Shown here piece by piece: positions 27,227-36,976 of a DNA stretch of 43,973 bases. The position numbers were made by a program, and so were the translations under genes. Within the stretch, counting starts at the first letter, position 1. Each line of letters opens with the position of its first letter. Below the pieces are notes generated by a model. The model saw nothing but the letters and a program-made list of their open reading frames with translations, had not been told where the DNA came from and ran no database searches. Origin of the DNA: a bacterium (GTDB taxonomy: Bacteria; Krumholzibacteriota; Krumholzibacteriia; LZORAL124-64-63); NCBI GenBank assembly GCA_030654305.1, contig JAURXS010000052.1:1-43973 (forward strand), read 5' to 3'.

Positions 27227-29047
27227 ATGGCCGCCATGCAGCGCAAGCCCATCCGCGTGCTCGACAGCGCGTCGGTCGACCGCATCGCCGCCGGCGAGGT
27301 GATCGAGCGCCCGGCCTCGGTGGTCAAGGAACTCGTCGAGAACGCGCTGGACGCGGGCGCGCGCATCGTCCGGATCAACGTGGAGGACGGGGGCCTGGCC
27401 TCCATCAGCGTCGACGACGACGGGGCCGGCATCCCGTTCCGGGAGCTGCCCCTGGTCTGCGAACGCCACGCCACGAGCAAGATCGTCTCCTCGGCGGACA
27501 TCGTGCAGGTCGCTTCCTTCGGCTTCCGCGGCGAGGCCATGGCCAGCATCGCTTCGGTCAGCCGCACGACCGTCCTGTCCCGCACCGAGGACGAGGACGT
27601 CGGCGGGATGATCCGCCTCGTCGGCGGCACGATCGAGCGCCGCGAGCCCGCGCCACGCAACCGCGGCACCACGATCACGGTCGAGGACCTGTTCTACAAC
27701 ACGCCCGCCCGACGCAAGTACCTCAAGCTGCCCCAGGCCGAGAAGCGCGCCGTCCTGCAGACGGTGCAGTCGCTGGCCCTGGCCTACCCCGAGGTGCGCT
27801 GGCGCCTCACGGCCGACGGCGTCGTGCTGCTGGACCTGCTGCCGGCCGACTCGCTGCCGGCCCGCGCCCGGGAGATCCTGGGGCCGGCCTGCCTCGAGCA
27901 CATGGCCCGCTTCGAGGCGGAGGAGGGGGGCGTCGTCGTCGGCGGCCTCGCCTCGCGCCCCACCTGGACGCGGCCCACGCGCGCCGACCAGTACGTCTTC
28001 GTCAACCGGCGGCCCGTGGAGAGCGCGCCGCTGTTCCAGGCCATCCGCGTGGCCTTCAAGGACGTGATCCCGCCGGGCCGTTTCCCGTCGGTGCTGCTGT
28101 TCCTGCAGGTGCCCCCCGGCGACGTCGACGTCAACGTCCACCCGGCCAAGACCGAGGTGCGCCTGATGCTCGAGCGCCACATCTTCGGGATGGTGGTGCA
28201 CGCGCTGCGCGAGGCGCTGGACCTGCGGGCCGACCCCTCGTTCCGCCCCGTCGCGGGCGACGAGCTGCCGTCGCCGGGCGCGGCGCGCGGCCCCCTGCAG
28301 AGCATCGCCGAGGCTCAGGAGGACTACCTGCGCCGCCACTTCACCGGCTCGGCGTCCACCGCGCCCGCCGCGGCCGGCCAGCCCGGCCTGTTCGACGCCT
28401 CGCACCGGGCGCCCGCGAGCGGCGAGGCGGCGCCCCCCGCCCAGGCGGAGGAGGAGGACGCCGCGGTCGCGCCGCGTCAGGCCCCCTTCTGGCAGCTGCA
28501 CCGCACGTACGTCTGCACCCAGACCAAGGGCGGGCTGTTGCTCATCGACCAGCACAACAGCCACGAGCGCATCCTCTACAACGAGGCCCAGAAGGCCCTG
28601 GCCGCCGGCCAGCTGCGCGTGCCCGTCCAGCAGCTGCTCTTCCCCGTCACGCTGGACCTGACGCCGCTCCAGCTCCAGAGCTTCCAGTCGGCGAGCGCCG
28701 ACCTGGAGAAGCTCGGCTTCCTCATCCAGCCCTTCGGCGGCCGCTCGGTCCTCGTGCAGGGCATCCCGTCCTCGCTCAAGAACTGGAACGAGGGACAGCT
28801 CCTGCTGGACATCCTGGACGACCTCTCCGGGTCCTCCCGCACCGGCCACGCGGCGCACGACGACCTGCTGGCCAGCTTCGCCTGCCACGGCGCGGTGCGC
28901 GCCGGCGCGCTGCTGACGATCCCGGAGATGCAGAACCTGCTGGACCTGCTGTTCGCCACCGACACGCCGCTGAGCTGCCCCCACGGCCGCCCCACGATGA
29001 TCCAGTACCCGATCGAGGAGCTCGAGAAGCGCTTCGGGAGACGCTGA
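27227..29047 (+). CDS. mutL: DNA mismatch repair endonuclease MutL
   Basis: IAAGEVIERPASVVKELVENALDA, HATSK, FGFRGEA, DVNVHPAK; C-terminal DQHNSHERILY, ACH, CPHGRP. Confidence 0.96.
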   Translation: MAAMQRKPIRVLDSASVDRIAAGEVIERPASVVKELVENALDAGARIVRINVEDGGLASISVDDDGAGIPFRELPLVCERHATSKIVSSADIVQVASFGFRGEAMASIASVSRTTVLSRTEDEDVGGMIRLVGGTIERREPAPRNRGTTITVEDLFYNTPARRKYLKLPQAEKRAVLQTVQSLALAYPEVRWRLTADGVVLLDLLPADSLPARAREILGPACLEHMARFEAEEGGVVVGGLASRPTWTRPTRADQYVFVNRRPVESAPLFQAIRVAFKDVIPPGRFPSVLLFLQVPPGDVDVNVHPAKTEVRLMLERHIFGMVVHALREALDLRADPSFRPVAGDELPSPGAARGPLQSIAEAQEDYLRRHFTGSASTAPAAAGQPGLFDASHRAPASGEAAPPAQAEEEDAAVAPRQAPFWQLHRTYVCTQTKGGLLLIDQHNSHERILYNEAQKALAAGQLRVPVQQLLFPVTLDLTPLQLQSFQSASADLEKLGFLIQPFGGRSVLVQGIPSSLKNWNEGQLLLDILDDLSGSSRTGHAAHDDLLASFACHGAVRAGALLTIPEMQNLLDLLFATDTPLSCPHGRPTMIQYPIEELEKRFGRR

Positions 29048-29048
29048 G

Positions 29049-29990
29049 GTGGGCGCCGACGCGGCCCGCGGCGTCTGCCCGGTGATCGCCGGACCGACCG
29101 CCGTCGGCAAGACCGCCCTGGTGGTCGAGCTGGCGGCTCGCTTCCCGATCGAGATCGTCTCGCTCGACAGCCGCCAGATCTACCACGGCCTGCGGCTCGG
29201 CACCGCCCAGCCCGATGCCGCCGAACTCGCCGCCTGCCCGCACCACCTCGTGGATTTCCTGCCGCCGCAAGAGCGTTATTCCGCCCGCCGCTACCGCGAC
29301 GATTTCCAGCGCGTCGCGGCGGAGATCCGCGCGCGCGGCCGCTGCCCGGTGCTGGTGGGCGGGGCGGGGCTCTACCTGACCGCGGTGCGCGACGGGCTGT
29401 TCGACCTGCCGGCCGACCCCGCCGCCCTGGCCGCGGTCCGTCAGGAACTGGACGCGCTGCCCGACGACGAGATCCGCGACCGCCTGCGCGCCGAGGATCC
29501 CGCGAGCTGGGAGCGCATCCACGCCCGCGACCGCTACCGCAGCCAGCGCGCCCTGGAGATCCGCCGTCTGGCGGGGGAGCCCATGAGCGGGCTGATGGCC
29601 GCCCGCCGGCCGGATCCCGCGCTGGGCTGGGACTACCCGCTCGTCGTGCTCGACCGCGACCGCGACGACCTGCGCGCGCGCATCGCCCGACGCCTGCAGG
29701 CGATGCTGGACGCGGGCTGGCTCGCGGAGACCGCCGCGCTGCTGGCGCGGCACGCGCAAGACTGCCCGGGCCTGCGCACGCTGGGCTACCGGGAACTGGT
29801 GGCGCACCTGGCGGGGGAGACGGACCTGCCGGCCGCCCTGGCGCAGGTGTCCCTGCGGACCGGCCAGTACGCCAAACGGCAGCAGACCTGGTTCCGGGCC
29901 CAGCCGCAGCTGTGCCGCGGCGCCCCCGATGACCCGGGCCTGCGGGAAGCCCTGCTGCTGCTGCTGGAGCGGTCGTGCGCGGCAATCTGA
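29049..29990 (+). CDS. miaA: tRNA dimethylallyltransferase
   Basis: GPTAVGKT, DSRQIY, GTAQP, PHHLVD, VGGAGLY, LGYRE, QYAKRQQTWFR; follows mutL. Confidence 0.94.
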   Translation: MGADAARGVCPVIAGPTAVGKTALVVELAARFPIEIVSLDSRQIYHGLRLGTAQPDAAELAACPHHLVDFLPPQERYSARRYRDDFQRVAAEIRARGRCPVLVGGAGLYLTAVRDGLFDLPADPAALAAVRQELDALPDDEIRDRLRAEDPASWERIHARDRYRSQRALEIRRLAGEPMSGLMAARRPDPALGWDYPLVVLDRDRDDLRARIARRLQAMLDAGWLAETAALLARHAQDCPGLRTLGYRELVAHLAGETDLPAALAQVSLRTGQYAKRQQTWFRAQPQLCRGAPDDPGLREALLLLLERSCAAI

Positions 29991-30007
29991 CACGCGCCGC
30001 AGCACGC

Positions 30008-30037
30008 TTGACAGCGGCCGTGAAGCCGGGCTATCTT
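30008..30037 (+). promoter_or_regulatory. sigma70-type promoter of tRNA-Gly
   Basis: TTGACA (30008-30013)-18 nt-TATCTT (30032-30037), 12 nt before the tRNA. Confidence 0.65.
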
Positions 30038-30049
30038 GCCCTTCCTGGA

Positions 30050-30125
30050 GCGGGCTTAGCTCAGTTGGTAGAGCATCAGCTTCCCAAGCTGAGGGTCGCG
30101 GGTCCGAGTCCCGTAGCCCGCTCCA
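30050..30125 (+). tRNA. tRNA-Gly (CCC)
   Basis: Cloverleaf GCGGGCT/AGCCCGC acceptor, TCAGC-TTCCCAA-GCTGA anticodon arm, U73 discriminator, encoded CCA; T-loop atypical TCCGAGT. Confidence 0.93.
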
Positions 30126-30140
30126 ACCAGATCGGCGAAG

Positions 30141-30168
30141 AACGGGTTGCGGCGACGCGACCCGTTTT
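30141..30168 (+). terminator. Intrinsic terminator after tRNA-Gly
   Basis: AACGGGTTGC-6nt-GCGACCCGTT followed by TT. Confidence 0.6.
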
Positions 30169-30216
30169 CCTATCCTGCCTTGGCGAACTCGCCCCCACCC
30201 GAGCCGGACGGACGCC

Positions 30217-31518
30217 ATGATCCAGCTGATCCAGCCCTTCCCCTCGCCCCTGGACCGCGCCCATGCCTGGCGCGAGGGCGACACCGTGACCGCGGTCGAC
30301 GGCCAGCCCGTCGAGGACATGCTCGACCTCTACTACTACATGCCTCACGGCGAGAAGATGACCCTGACCATCGCCAGCCGCGACGGCGCCGTCAACAGCG
30401 TGGCCTTCGAGCCCTACGCGCTGGACAAGGTCATGAGCTGCTTCGCAGCCATGGAATTCAAGACCTGCGCCTGCGACTGCGTCTTCTGCTTCATCGACCA
30501 GAACCCCCAGGGCATGCGCTCCAGCATCTACGTCAAGGACGAGGACTACCGGCTCAGCTTCCTCTACGGCAACTACATCACCCTGACCTCGCTGGGCCGC
30601 CGCGGCCTCGAACGCGTCATCCGTCAGAAGATGACGCCGCTGTTCGTCTCGGTGCACGCCACCGACATCGACGTGCGCACGCGCATGCTGGGCATCAAGC
30701 GGCGCATCGACGTGCTGGCGATCCTGCGGCAGCTGGTCGAAGGCGGCATCACCGTGCATGCCCAGGTCGTGCTGTGCCCGGGCTGGAACGACGGGCCCGT
30801 CCTGGACCAATCCATCGCCGACCTGTTCGCCCTCTACCCGGGCGTGGAGACCTTGGCCGTGGTGCCGGTCGGCCTGTCGGCCCACCGTGAGGGGTTGACG
30901 AAGCTCGACCCCGTCACCCCCGCGATCGCCGCCGACACCATCGACCTGGTCGCCGTCTGGCAGGAGCGCTGCCGCGAACAGGCCGACACGACCTTCGTCC
31001 ACCTCAGCGACGAGTTCTACCTGCTGACCGGGCGCCCCTTCCCGCCGCAGGACCAGTACGGCGACTTCGCCCAGCTCGACAACGGCATCGGCCTGACCCG
31101 CGGGCTGGAGCAGACCTGGCGCGAGGCCCTGCAGGAGCGCGCCGCGCACGGCAAGCTGCCGACCCGACCGGTGACGGTGATGACCGGCAAGCTCGGCGAG
31201 TTGGCCTTCGCGCAGCGCCTGCTGCCGGCGCTGGACCGTCCCGGCCTGCCCCCGATCGAGCTGGTGGGGGTGGAGAACCGCTTCTACGGGGAGAGCGTGA
31301 CGGTCGCCGGCCTTCTTTCCGGGAGCGACATCCGCCGCGCCTTGGGCGAGCTGCCGGCCGCGCCCGTGCGGGACGTCCTGCTGCCGCCGCGGATGTTCAA
31401 CAGCGACGACCTCACCCTGGACGGCCTCGACCTCGCCGCCATCGCCGCGGGCCAGCCCCACCGCCTCCACATCCCCGAGGAGGAAGGTCTCATTGACTTC
31501 TGGTCAGCGATGGGCTAA
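30217..31518 (+). CDS. DUF512-family putative Fe-S/radical SAM protein with N-terminal PDZ-like segment
   Basis: CACDCVFCFIDQNP.GMR..IYVKDEDYRLSFLYGNYITLT, QVVLCPGWNDG, VVPVGL, SDEFY, VTVAGLL; commonly adjacent to der. Confidence 0.85.
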   Translation: MIQLIQPFPSPLDRAHAWREGDTVTAVDGQPVEDMLDLYYYMPHGEKMTLTIASRDGAVNSVAFEPYALDKVMSCFAAMEFKTCACDCVFCFIDQNPQGMRSSIYVKDEDYRLSFLYGNYITLTSLGRRGLERVIRQKMTPLFVSVHATDIDVRTRMLGIKRRIDVLAILRQLVEGGITVHAQVVLCPGWNDGPVLDQSIADLFALYPGVETLAVVPVGLSAHREGLTKLDPVTPAIAADTIDLVAVWQERCREQADTTFVHLSDEFYLLTGRPFPPQDQYGDFAQLDNGIGLTRGLEQTWREALQERAAHGKLPTRPVTVMTGKLGELAFAQRLLPALDRPGLPPIELVGVENRFYGESVTVAGLLSGSDIRRALGELPAAPVRDVLLPPRMFNSDDLTLDGLDLAAIAAGQPHRLHIPEEEGLIDFWSAMG

Positions 31519-31521
31519 CGT
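31493..31521 (+). promoter_or_regulatory. Candidate sigma70-type promoter of der-plsY-gpsA
   Basis: TTGACT (31493-31498)-17 nt-TAACGT (31516-31521) overlapping the DUF512 stop. Confidence 0.6.
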
Positions 31522-31614
31522 CCCGCCCAGCGACGCCCGCCGCTTCGCGGCATGCGCCATCTTGTTGTTTGAAAAGTGATTGCAAGCCTCGCTTCAAGTG
31601 CGGAAGGATGGGAC

Positions 31615-32925
31615 GTGGCGACCAGGACCGTGGTCATTGTCGGCCGCCCGAACGTGGGCAAGTCGACCCTGTTCAACCGCGTCATCGGCGAGCGGCGCTC
31701 GGTGGTCCACGAGACGCCCGGGGTCACGCGCGACCGCATCGCCGAGCTGACCGACTGGGCGGGCCATTCCTTCCAGCTGCTGGACACCGGCGGCATCATC
31801 CCGTTCGGCGAGGAAGTCACGCGCTTCGACAGCCTGGTCACCGAGATCGCCCACCTCGCGATCGCCGAGGCCGACGTGGTGATCTTCATGGTCGACGGCT
31901 CGGGCGGCCTGTCGACCTGGGACGACAGCATCGCCGTGCACCTGCGCCGCAGCGGCAAGCCGGTGGTGCTGACCGTCAACAAGGTCGAGAAGGATCACCA
32001 GCGCTACGGCGCCGCGGACTTCTACCGCCTCGGCTTGGGCGAGCCGCACTGCATCAGCGCCCTGCACGGCCTGGGCGTGGGGGACCTGCTGGACGAGGTG
32101 GTGGCGGACTTCCCGGTCGGCCCCGAGCCCGAGCCCTGCGACATGAAGATCGCGATCCTCGGCCGCCCGAACGTGGGCAAGTCCAGCCTGCTGAACCTGC
32201 TGGTCGGCCGCAACGAGGCGCTGGTCAGCGAGATCGCCGGCACCACGCGCGACGCCATCCACACCGACCTGCACTGGCACGGCCGCACCCTGCGCCTGAT
32301 CGACACTGCCGGCCTGCGCCGCAAGTCGCGCGTCGAGGAGGCGATCGAGGTCTTCAGCAACATGCGCACCGTGCGCGCGCTCGAGGAGTGCGACGTCGCC
32401 GTGCTGATGGTCGACGCCACCGAAGGCACCGTCACCCAGGACGCCAAGATCGCCGGTCTGATCCACGACGCGGCCAAGGGCGTCGTGGTCGCCTTCAACA
32501 AGTGGGACCTGGTCGAGAAGGACCAGGCCACGCACCTGAAGGTCTGGGAGGAGTTCTGCCGCGAGGTGCCCTTCCTGACCTACGCGCCCTGGTTCACGCT
32601 GTCGTCCCTCACCAAGCAGCGCTCCGGCAAGGTGCTGGAAATGGTGTGGGAGGTGTTCGAGCAGCGCTCCCTGCGCATCGACACCAGCGAGCTGAACACG
32701 TTCCTCGAGGGCATCATCCACAAGCAGCCGCCGCACTTCCACGGCGGCGGGACCGGCAAGGTCTACTTCGCGACCCAGGCGGAATCCTCGCCGCCGGCCA
32801 TCGTGCTGTCGGTGAACAATCCGAAATTCTTCGACCGCAGCTACCTGCGGTTCCTGAACAACCAGATCCGCGAAGCCTACGGGTTCAAGGGCAACCGGAT
32901 CTTCATCAAGACCAAGCGTCACTGA
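31615..32925 (+). CDS. der: Ribosome biogenesis GTPase Der (EngA)
   Basis: Two tandem G domains GRPNVGKS, PGVTRDR/GTTRD, DTGG/DTAG, NKVE/NKWD, KH-like C-terminus; GTG start at 31615. Confidence 0.96.
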   Translation: MATRTVVIVGRPNVGKSTLFNRVIGERRSVVHETPGVTRDRIAELTDWAGHSFQLLDTGGIIPFGEEVTRFDSLVTEIAHLAIAEADVVIFMVDGSGGLSTWDDSIAVHLRRSGKPVVLTVNKVEKDHQRYGAADFYRLGLGEPHCISALHGLGVGDLLDEVVADFPVGPEPEPCDMKIAILGRPNVGKSSLLNLLVGRNEALVSEIAGTTRDAIHTDLHWHGRTLRLIDTAGLRRKSRVEEAIEVFSNMRTVRALEECDVAVLMVDATEGTVTQDAKIAGLIHDAAKGVVVAFNKWDLVEKDQATHLKVWEEFCREVPFLTYAPWFTLSSLTKQRSGKVLEMVWEVFEQRSLRIDTSELNTFLEGIIHKQPPHFHGGGTGKVYFATQAESSPPAIVLSVNNPKFFDRSYLRFLNNQIREAYGFKGNRIFIKTKRH

Positions 32926-32938
32926 GCGGAAGGCGCCC

Positions 32939-33622
32939 ATGCTCCTGCTGTTGAGCCTGATCCTGGCCTACCTGCTGGGCGCCGTGCCCTTCAGCTTCAT
33001 CGTGGCGCGCGCGGTGCGCGGCATCGACCTGCGGCACCACGGCAGCGGCAACCTCGGCGCCACGAACGTGTTCCGCGCCGTGGGACCGCGCTGGGGCGTG
33101 CTGGTGTTCCTGCTGGACCTGGCCAAGGGCGCCGGCGCGGTGCTCATCATGTCGGCGGTGGCGGCGGGCTGGCCCCCGGACCAGGCGACGCCGCTCCACC
33201 TGCCGCCCGACCTCTGGCGCATCTTCGCCGGCTTCGTCGCCTCGCTCGGCCACACCCTGTCGCCCTTCGTCAGCTGGCACGGCGGCAAGGGCGTGGCCAC
33301 GACCTGCGGCGCCTTCTTCGTGCTGGCCCCGTACCCCACGCTGATCGCCCTGAGCGTGTTCTTCCTGGTGCTGGCCCTGCGCCGGATCATCTCGCTGGCC
33401 AGCATCTGCGCGGCGGTGGTCCTGCCCTTCACCGTCGCCTTCTTCGAGTGGCGCTCCGCGCATTTCTCGCGCACCATCTCCGTCTTCGCCTTCCTGATCT
33501 GCGGCTGGGTGGTCTTCCGCCACCGCGCGAACATCCGCCGCCTGCGCGCCGGCACCGAGGCGGCCATCGGCGCCGGGAACGACCGGTCGAAGGCCCCGGC
33601 CGGGCCGCGGGAGTCCTCGTGA
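32939..33622 (+). CDS. plsY: Glycerol-3-phosphate acyltransferase PlsY
   Basis: YLLGAVPF, GSGNLGATNVFR, DLAKG, GH...GGKGVAT, RHRANIRRL.AGTE. Confidence 0.93.
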   Translation: MLLLLSLILAYLLGAVPFSFIVARAVRGIDLRHHGSGNLGATNVFRAVGPRWGVLVFLLDLAKGAGAVLIMSAVAAGWPPDQATPLHLPPDLWRIFAGFVASLGHTLSPFVSWHGGKGVATTCGAFFVLAPYPTLIALSVFFLVLALRRIISLASICAAVVLPFTVAFFEWRSAHFSRTISVFAFLICGWVVFRHRANIRRLRAGTEAAIGAGNDRSKAPAGPRESS

Positions 33623-34632
33623 AGGCCGCCGTCCTGGGCACCGGCAGCTGGGGGACGGGATTCGGCCGCCACCTGGCCTCGCTGTGGAGCGAGGTGGTCA
33701 TGTGGGGCGTCGATCCCGCCCAGGTCGACGCCATCGCGACGATGCACGCCAACCCCGACTACTTCCCCGGCCTGGTGCTGCCGCCGAACCTGACCGCCAC
33801 CCTGGACCTCGCCGCGGCCGTCGCCGGCGCCGACGCGGTCTTCGTCGTGCTGCCCAGCCAGGCGGTGCGCGCCGTCGCGTCCCGCCTGCACGCCTGCGAC
33901 CTGCGCCCGGGTTGCCCGATCGTGTGCCTGAGCAAGGGGCTCGAACTCGACACGCTCAAGCGGCTCAGCACCGTCCTGGAAGAGGAGCTGTGCCACGACG
34001 CCGCCGGCGGGTCCCACCCGATCGGCGTGCTGCTCGGCCCCAGCCACGCCGAGGAGGTCGTGCTGGGCATGCCCACGGCCCTGGTGCTGGCGGGCCGCGG
34101 CGACGGCTGGCACGCCCTGCAGGGCCATCTGGCCGGTCCCACGCTGCGCGTCTACACGAACCACGACCTGCTGGGCGTGGAGATCGCCGCCGCCTTCAAG
34201 AACGTGATCGCCATCGCGGTGGGCATGTGCGACGGGCTGGGCTACGGCGACAACACGCGCGGCGCGGTCATGACCCGCGGCCTGAAGGAGCTGGCGCGCC
34301 TGGGCATCGCCCTGGGCGGCCGTTTCGATACCTTCTACGGCCTGTCCGGGATCGGCGACCTGATCACCACCTGCACGAGCCACCACTCCCGCAACCGCAA
34401 CTTCGGCGAAGCGGTGGCCCGCGGCGACCACGACCCGCAGGAGATCCTGCGCGACGCCAAGCAGGTCGTCGAGGGCGCCGTGATGACTCAGGCCGCCTTG
34501 AAGTTGAGCGCGAAGCACCAGATAGAACTTCCTATCACACAGGAAGTTCACCGTGTGCTATATTCCGGAAAGACCGCCGCCCAGGCCATGCAGGACCTGA
34601 TGGAGCGGTCGCTCCGTTCCGAGCTGGAGTGA
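33619..34632 (+). CDS. gpsA: NAD(P)H-dependent glycerol-3-phosphate dehydrogenase
   Basis: LGTGSWGT, SKGLE, GPSHAEEV, KNVIAIA, GDN, GIGDLITTC.S.HSRN, VVEG. Confidence 0.94.
   Translation: MKAAVLGTGSWGTGFGRHLASLWSEVVMWGVDPAQVDAIATMHANPDYFPGLVLPPNLTATLDLAAAVAGADAVFVVLPSQAVRAVASRLHACDLRPGCPIVCLSKGLELDTLKRLSTVLEEELCHDAAGGSHPIGVLLGPSHAEEVVLGMPTALVLAGRGDGWHALQGHLAGPTLRVYTNHDLLGVEIAAAFKNVIAIAVGMCDGLGYGDNTRGAVMTRGLKELARLGIALGGRFDTFYGLSGIGDLITTCTSHHSRNRNFGEAVARGDHDPQEILRDAKQVVEGAVMTQAALKLSAKHQIELPITQEVHRVLYSGKTAAQAMQDLMERSLRSELE
34525..34564 (+). promoter_or_regulatory. Perfect 9-bp inverted repeat plus extended -10 box inside the gpsA 3' end; candidate promoter/operator for the MerR-family gene
   Basis: GAACTTCCT-ATCACAC-AGGAAGTTC (34525-34549) and TGcTATATT (34556-34564) in an AT-rich rare-codon patch. 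Confidence 0.55.
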
Positions 34633-34652
34633 CCGCGAGGGGAGGGTTGCAC

Positions 34653-35042
34653 GTGGCCGATCTGCCCGACAAGCTCTACTACTCGATCCGCGAGATCGCC
34701 GAGCACACCGGCGTCGAACCGCACGTCCTTCGCTACTGGGAGACCGAGTTCCCCACGCTGCGCCCCAAGCGGGCCCGCTCCGGGGCGCGCACCTACCGGC
34801 GCCGCGACGTCGAAGAGATCCAGCTGATCCGCCGCCTCCTGCACGAGGAGGGCTACCGCATCGAGGGCGCGCGCAAGTTCCTGCGCGAACGCCGCCAGCC
34901 GCAGGAGACCACCGACACCGCCAAGCCCCGCCAGGACATGTTCGCGGCCCAGGATCGCACCGCCCGCCTGCAGGGCGTGCGCGAGGGGCTGCGGGAAGTG
35001 CTGGGCCTGCTGGCCGCCATGAAGGAGCCGGGAGCGCGCTGA
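34653..35042 (+). CDS. MerR-family HTH transcriptional regulator
   Basis: LPDKLYYSIREIAEHTGVEPHVLRYWETEFP.LRPKR..SG.R.Y...LLHEEGYRIEGARK, the small MerR type usually found before tRNA-Pro. Confidence 0.88.
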   Translation: MADLPDKLYYSIREIAEHTGVEPHVLRYWETEFPTLRPKRARSGARTYRRRDVEEIQLIRRLLHEEGYRIEGARKFLRERRQPQETTDTAKPRQDMFAAQDRTARLQGVREGLREVLGLLAAMKEPGAR

Positions 35043-35085
35043 GCCGCCGGCCGCCCGAGACGCAATCAGCCCGGCGCAATCCGCC

Positions 35086-35114
35086 TTGTCCCGGCCCGTA
35101 TCGCGTATTAGATT
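35086..35114 (+). promoter_or_regulatory. Candidate promoter of tRNA-Pro(GGG)
   Basis: TTGTCC-17 nt-TAGATT. Confidence 0.5.
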
Positions 35115-35155
35115 GTCCGCTCGCCCGGGCCAGGTCCCGGGTCCGTTTTCTTGGT

Positions 35156-35232
35156 CGGGCCGTAGCGCAGCCCGGTAGCGCACTTGCATGGGGGGCAAGG
35201 GGTCGGCGGTTCAAATCCGCCCGGCCCGACCA
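35156..35232 (+). tRNA. tRNA-Pro (GGG)
   Basis: CGGGCCG/CGGCCCG acceptor, CTTGC-ATGGGGG-GCAAG anticodon arm, GGTTCAAATCC T-arm, ACCA end. Confidence 0.93.
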
Positions 35233-35271
35233 CCGTTCCCGATCCGGTTCACCCCCGGGATCAGCAGAGCG

Positions 35272-35306
35272 GCAGGGGTTCCGGGTCCACCCGGGACCCC
35301 TGCTTC
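35272..35306 (+). terminator. Strong hairpin after tRNA-Pro(GGG), probable terminator or processing stem
   Basis: 14-bp stem GCAGGGGTTCCGGG-TCCA-CCCGGGACCCCTGC followed by a pyrimidine-rich tract. Confidence 0.5.
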
Positions 35307-35384
35307 GTCATCTCTTCGCTTTTCCCGTCGCACTCCCGGTGCCATCATGCACCCGCCACCGTTCCCCGAGCCGGAGACACCCCG

Positions 35385-36286
35385 TTGCGCGATCCGCGGA
35401 CACCGCCCGTTCCCTTCGGCTACCGCACCAGCGCGTTCTGGTACGCGCTCGGGGCGCGCGTGGCCGTCGCGGCGCCCCGCGACGTCGCCCGCTGGGCGGC
35501 GCGGCGGATCGGGGACTGGTACGCGTGGACCCACCCCGGCGTGCGGCGGACCGTCGGGCATCACTTGGCGCTGGCCGACCAGGCCCGCGGCGACGGCCGG
35601 CGGACCCCGGTGCAGCGACCCTTCCGCGAGTTCAGCGAGACGGTCGCGGACTTCCTGCGCCTGGCCGGCGGGCGCGGCGACGAGATCGTCGCGGAGATCG
35701 AGGTCGCCGGTCTCGAACACCTGCAGCGTTGCCAGATGGAAGGCTCCGGCGTCGTCTTCCTCAGCGCCCACATGGGCAACTGGGAGGCGGTCGGCGCCTG
35801 GGGCGCCTCGCGGGGCCTGCGCGTGCTGGGCGTGGCGCGCCCGCACCCGAGCCCGCGCGTGGACGAGTTCTTCAACGCGGCCCGCCGGCGCTTCGGGCTC
35901 GAGGTGTTCCCGCTGGGCGGCGACCCGCGCCTGCTCGCCGAGCACCTGCAGAGCGGGGGCGTGGTGGCCATCGTCGGCGATCGGGATTTCACCGGGCGCG
36001 GCGCCGAAGCCGCCTTCCTGGGCGCCCGCACCCGGCTGCCGCAGGGCTGGATCCGCCTGGCCCAGCAGACCGGCGCCTGGATCCTGCCGGGCCGCCACCG
36101 CCGGCTGGTCGAGGACGGGCGCCACGTCTCGCGGCTGGAATTCCGGGAGCCTTGGCGCGTCGCGCCCGGCGAAGCGGGCGCCGCCGAAGCCTTCGCCCGC
36201 GGCTCGGCGTTCCTCGAGGAACTGGTCCGCGAGGATCCCGGCGCCTGGACCGTCTTCGATCCCGTGCTGCAGGGAGGTCGCCCGCG

Positions 36287-36290
<4 letters not shown>
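35385..36290 (+). CDS. Lipid A lauroyl-type / PIM-type lysophospholipid acyltransferase family protein
   Basis: SAHMGNWE catalytic motif, GDRDF, FLG, W.VF end; TTG start after GGAG (start uncertain). Confidence 0.8.

Positions 36291-36972
<682 letters not shown>

Positions 36973-36976
<4 letters not shown>

Noticed and set aside
30217..31518. DUF512 radical-SAM-like gene next to der as a novel system
   Set aside because: Its function is unknown, but the family and its linkage to der are widespread and already recognised.
35183..35199. tRNA-Pro(GGG) G6 run as a +1 frameshift-suppressor anticodon loop
   Set aside because: The stem CTTGC/GCAAG leaves a normal 7-nt loop (ATGGGGG); only G38 is slightly unusual.
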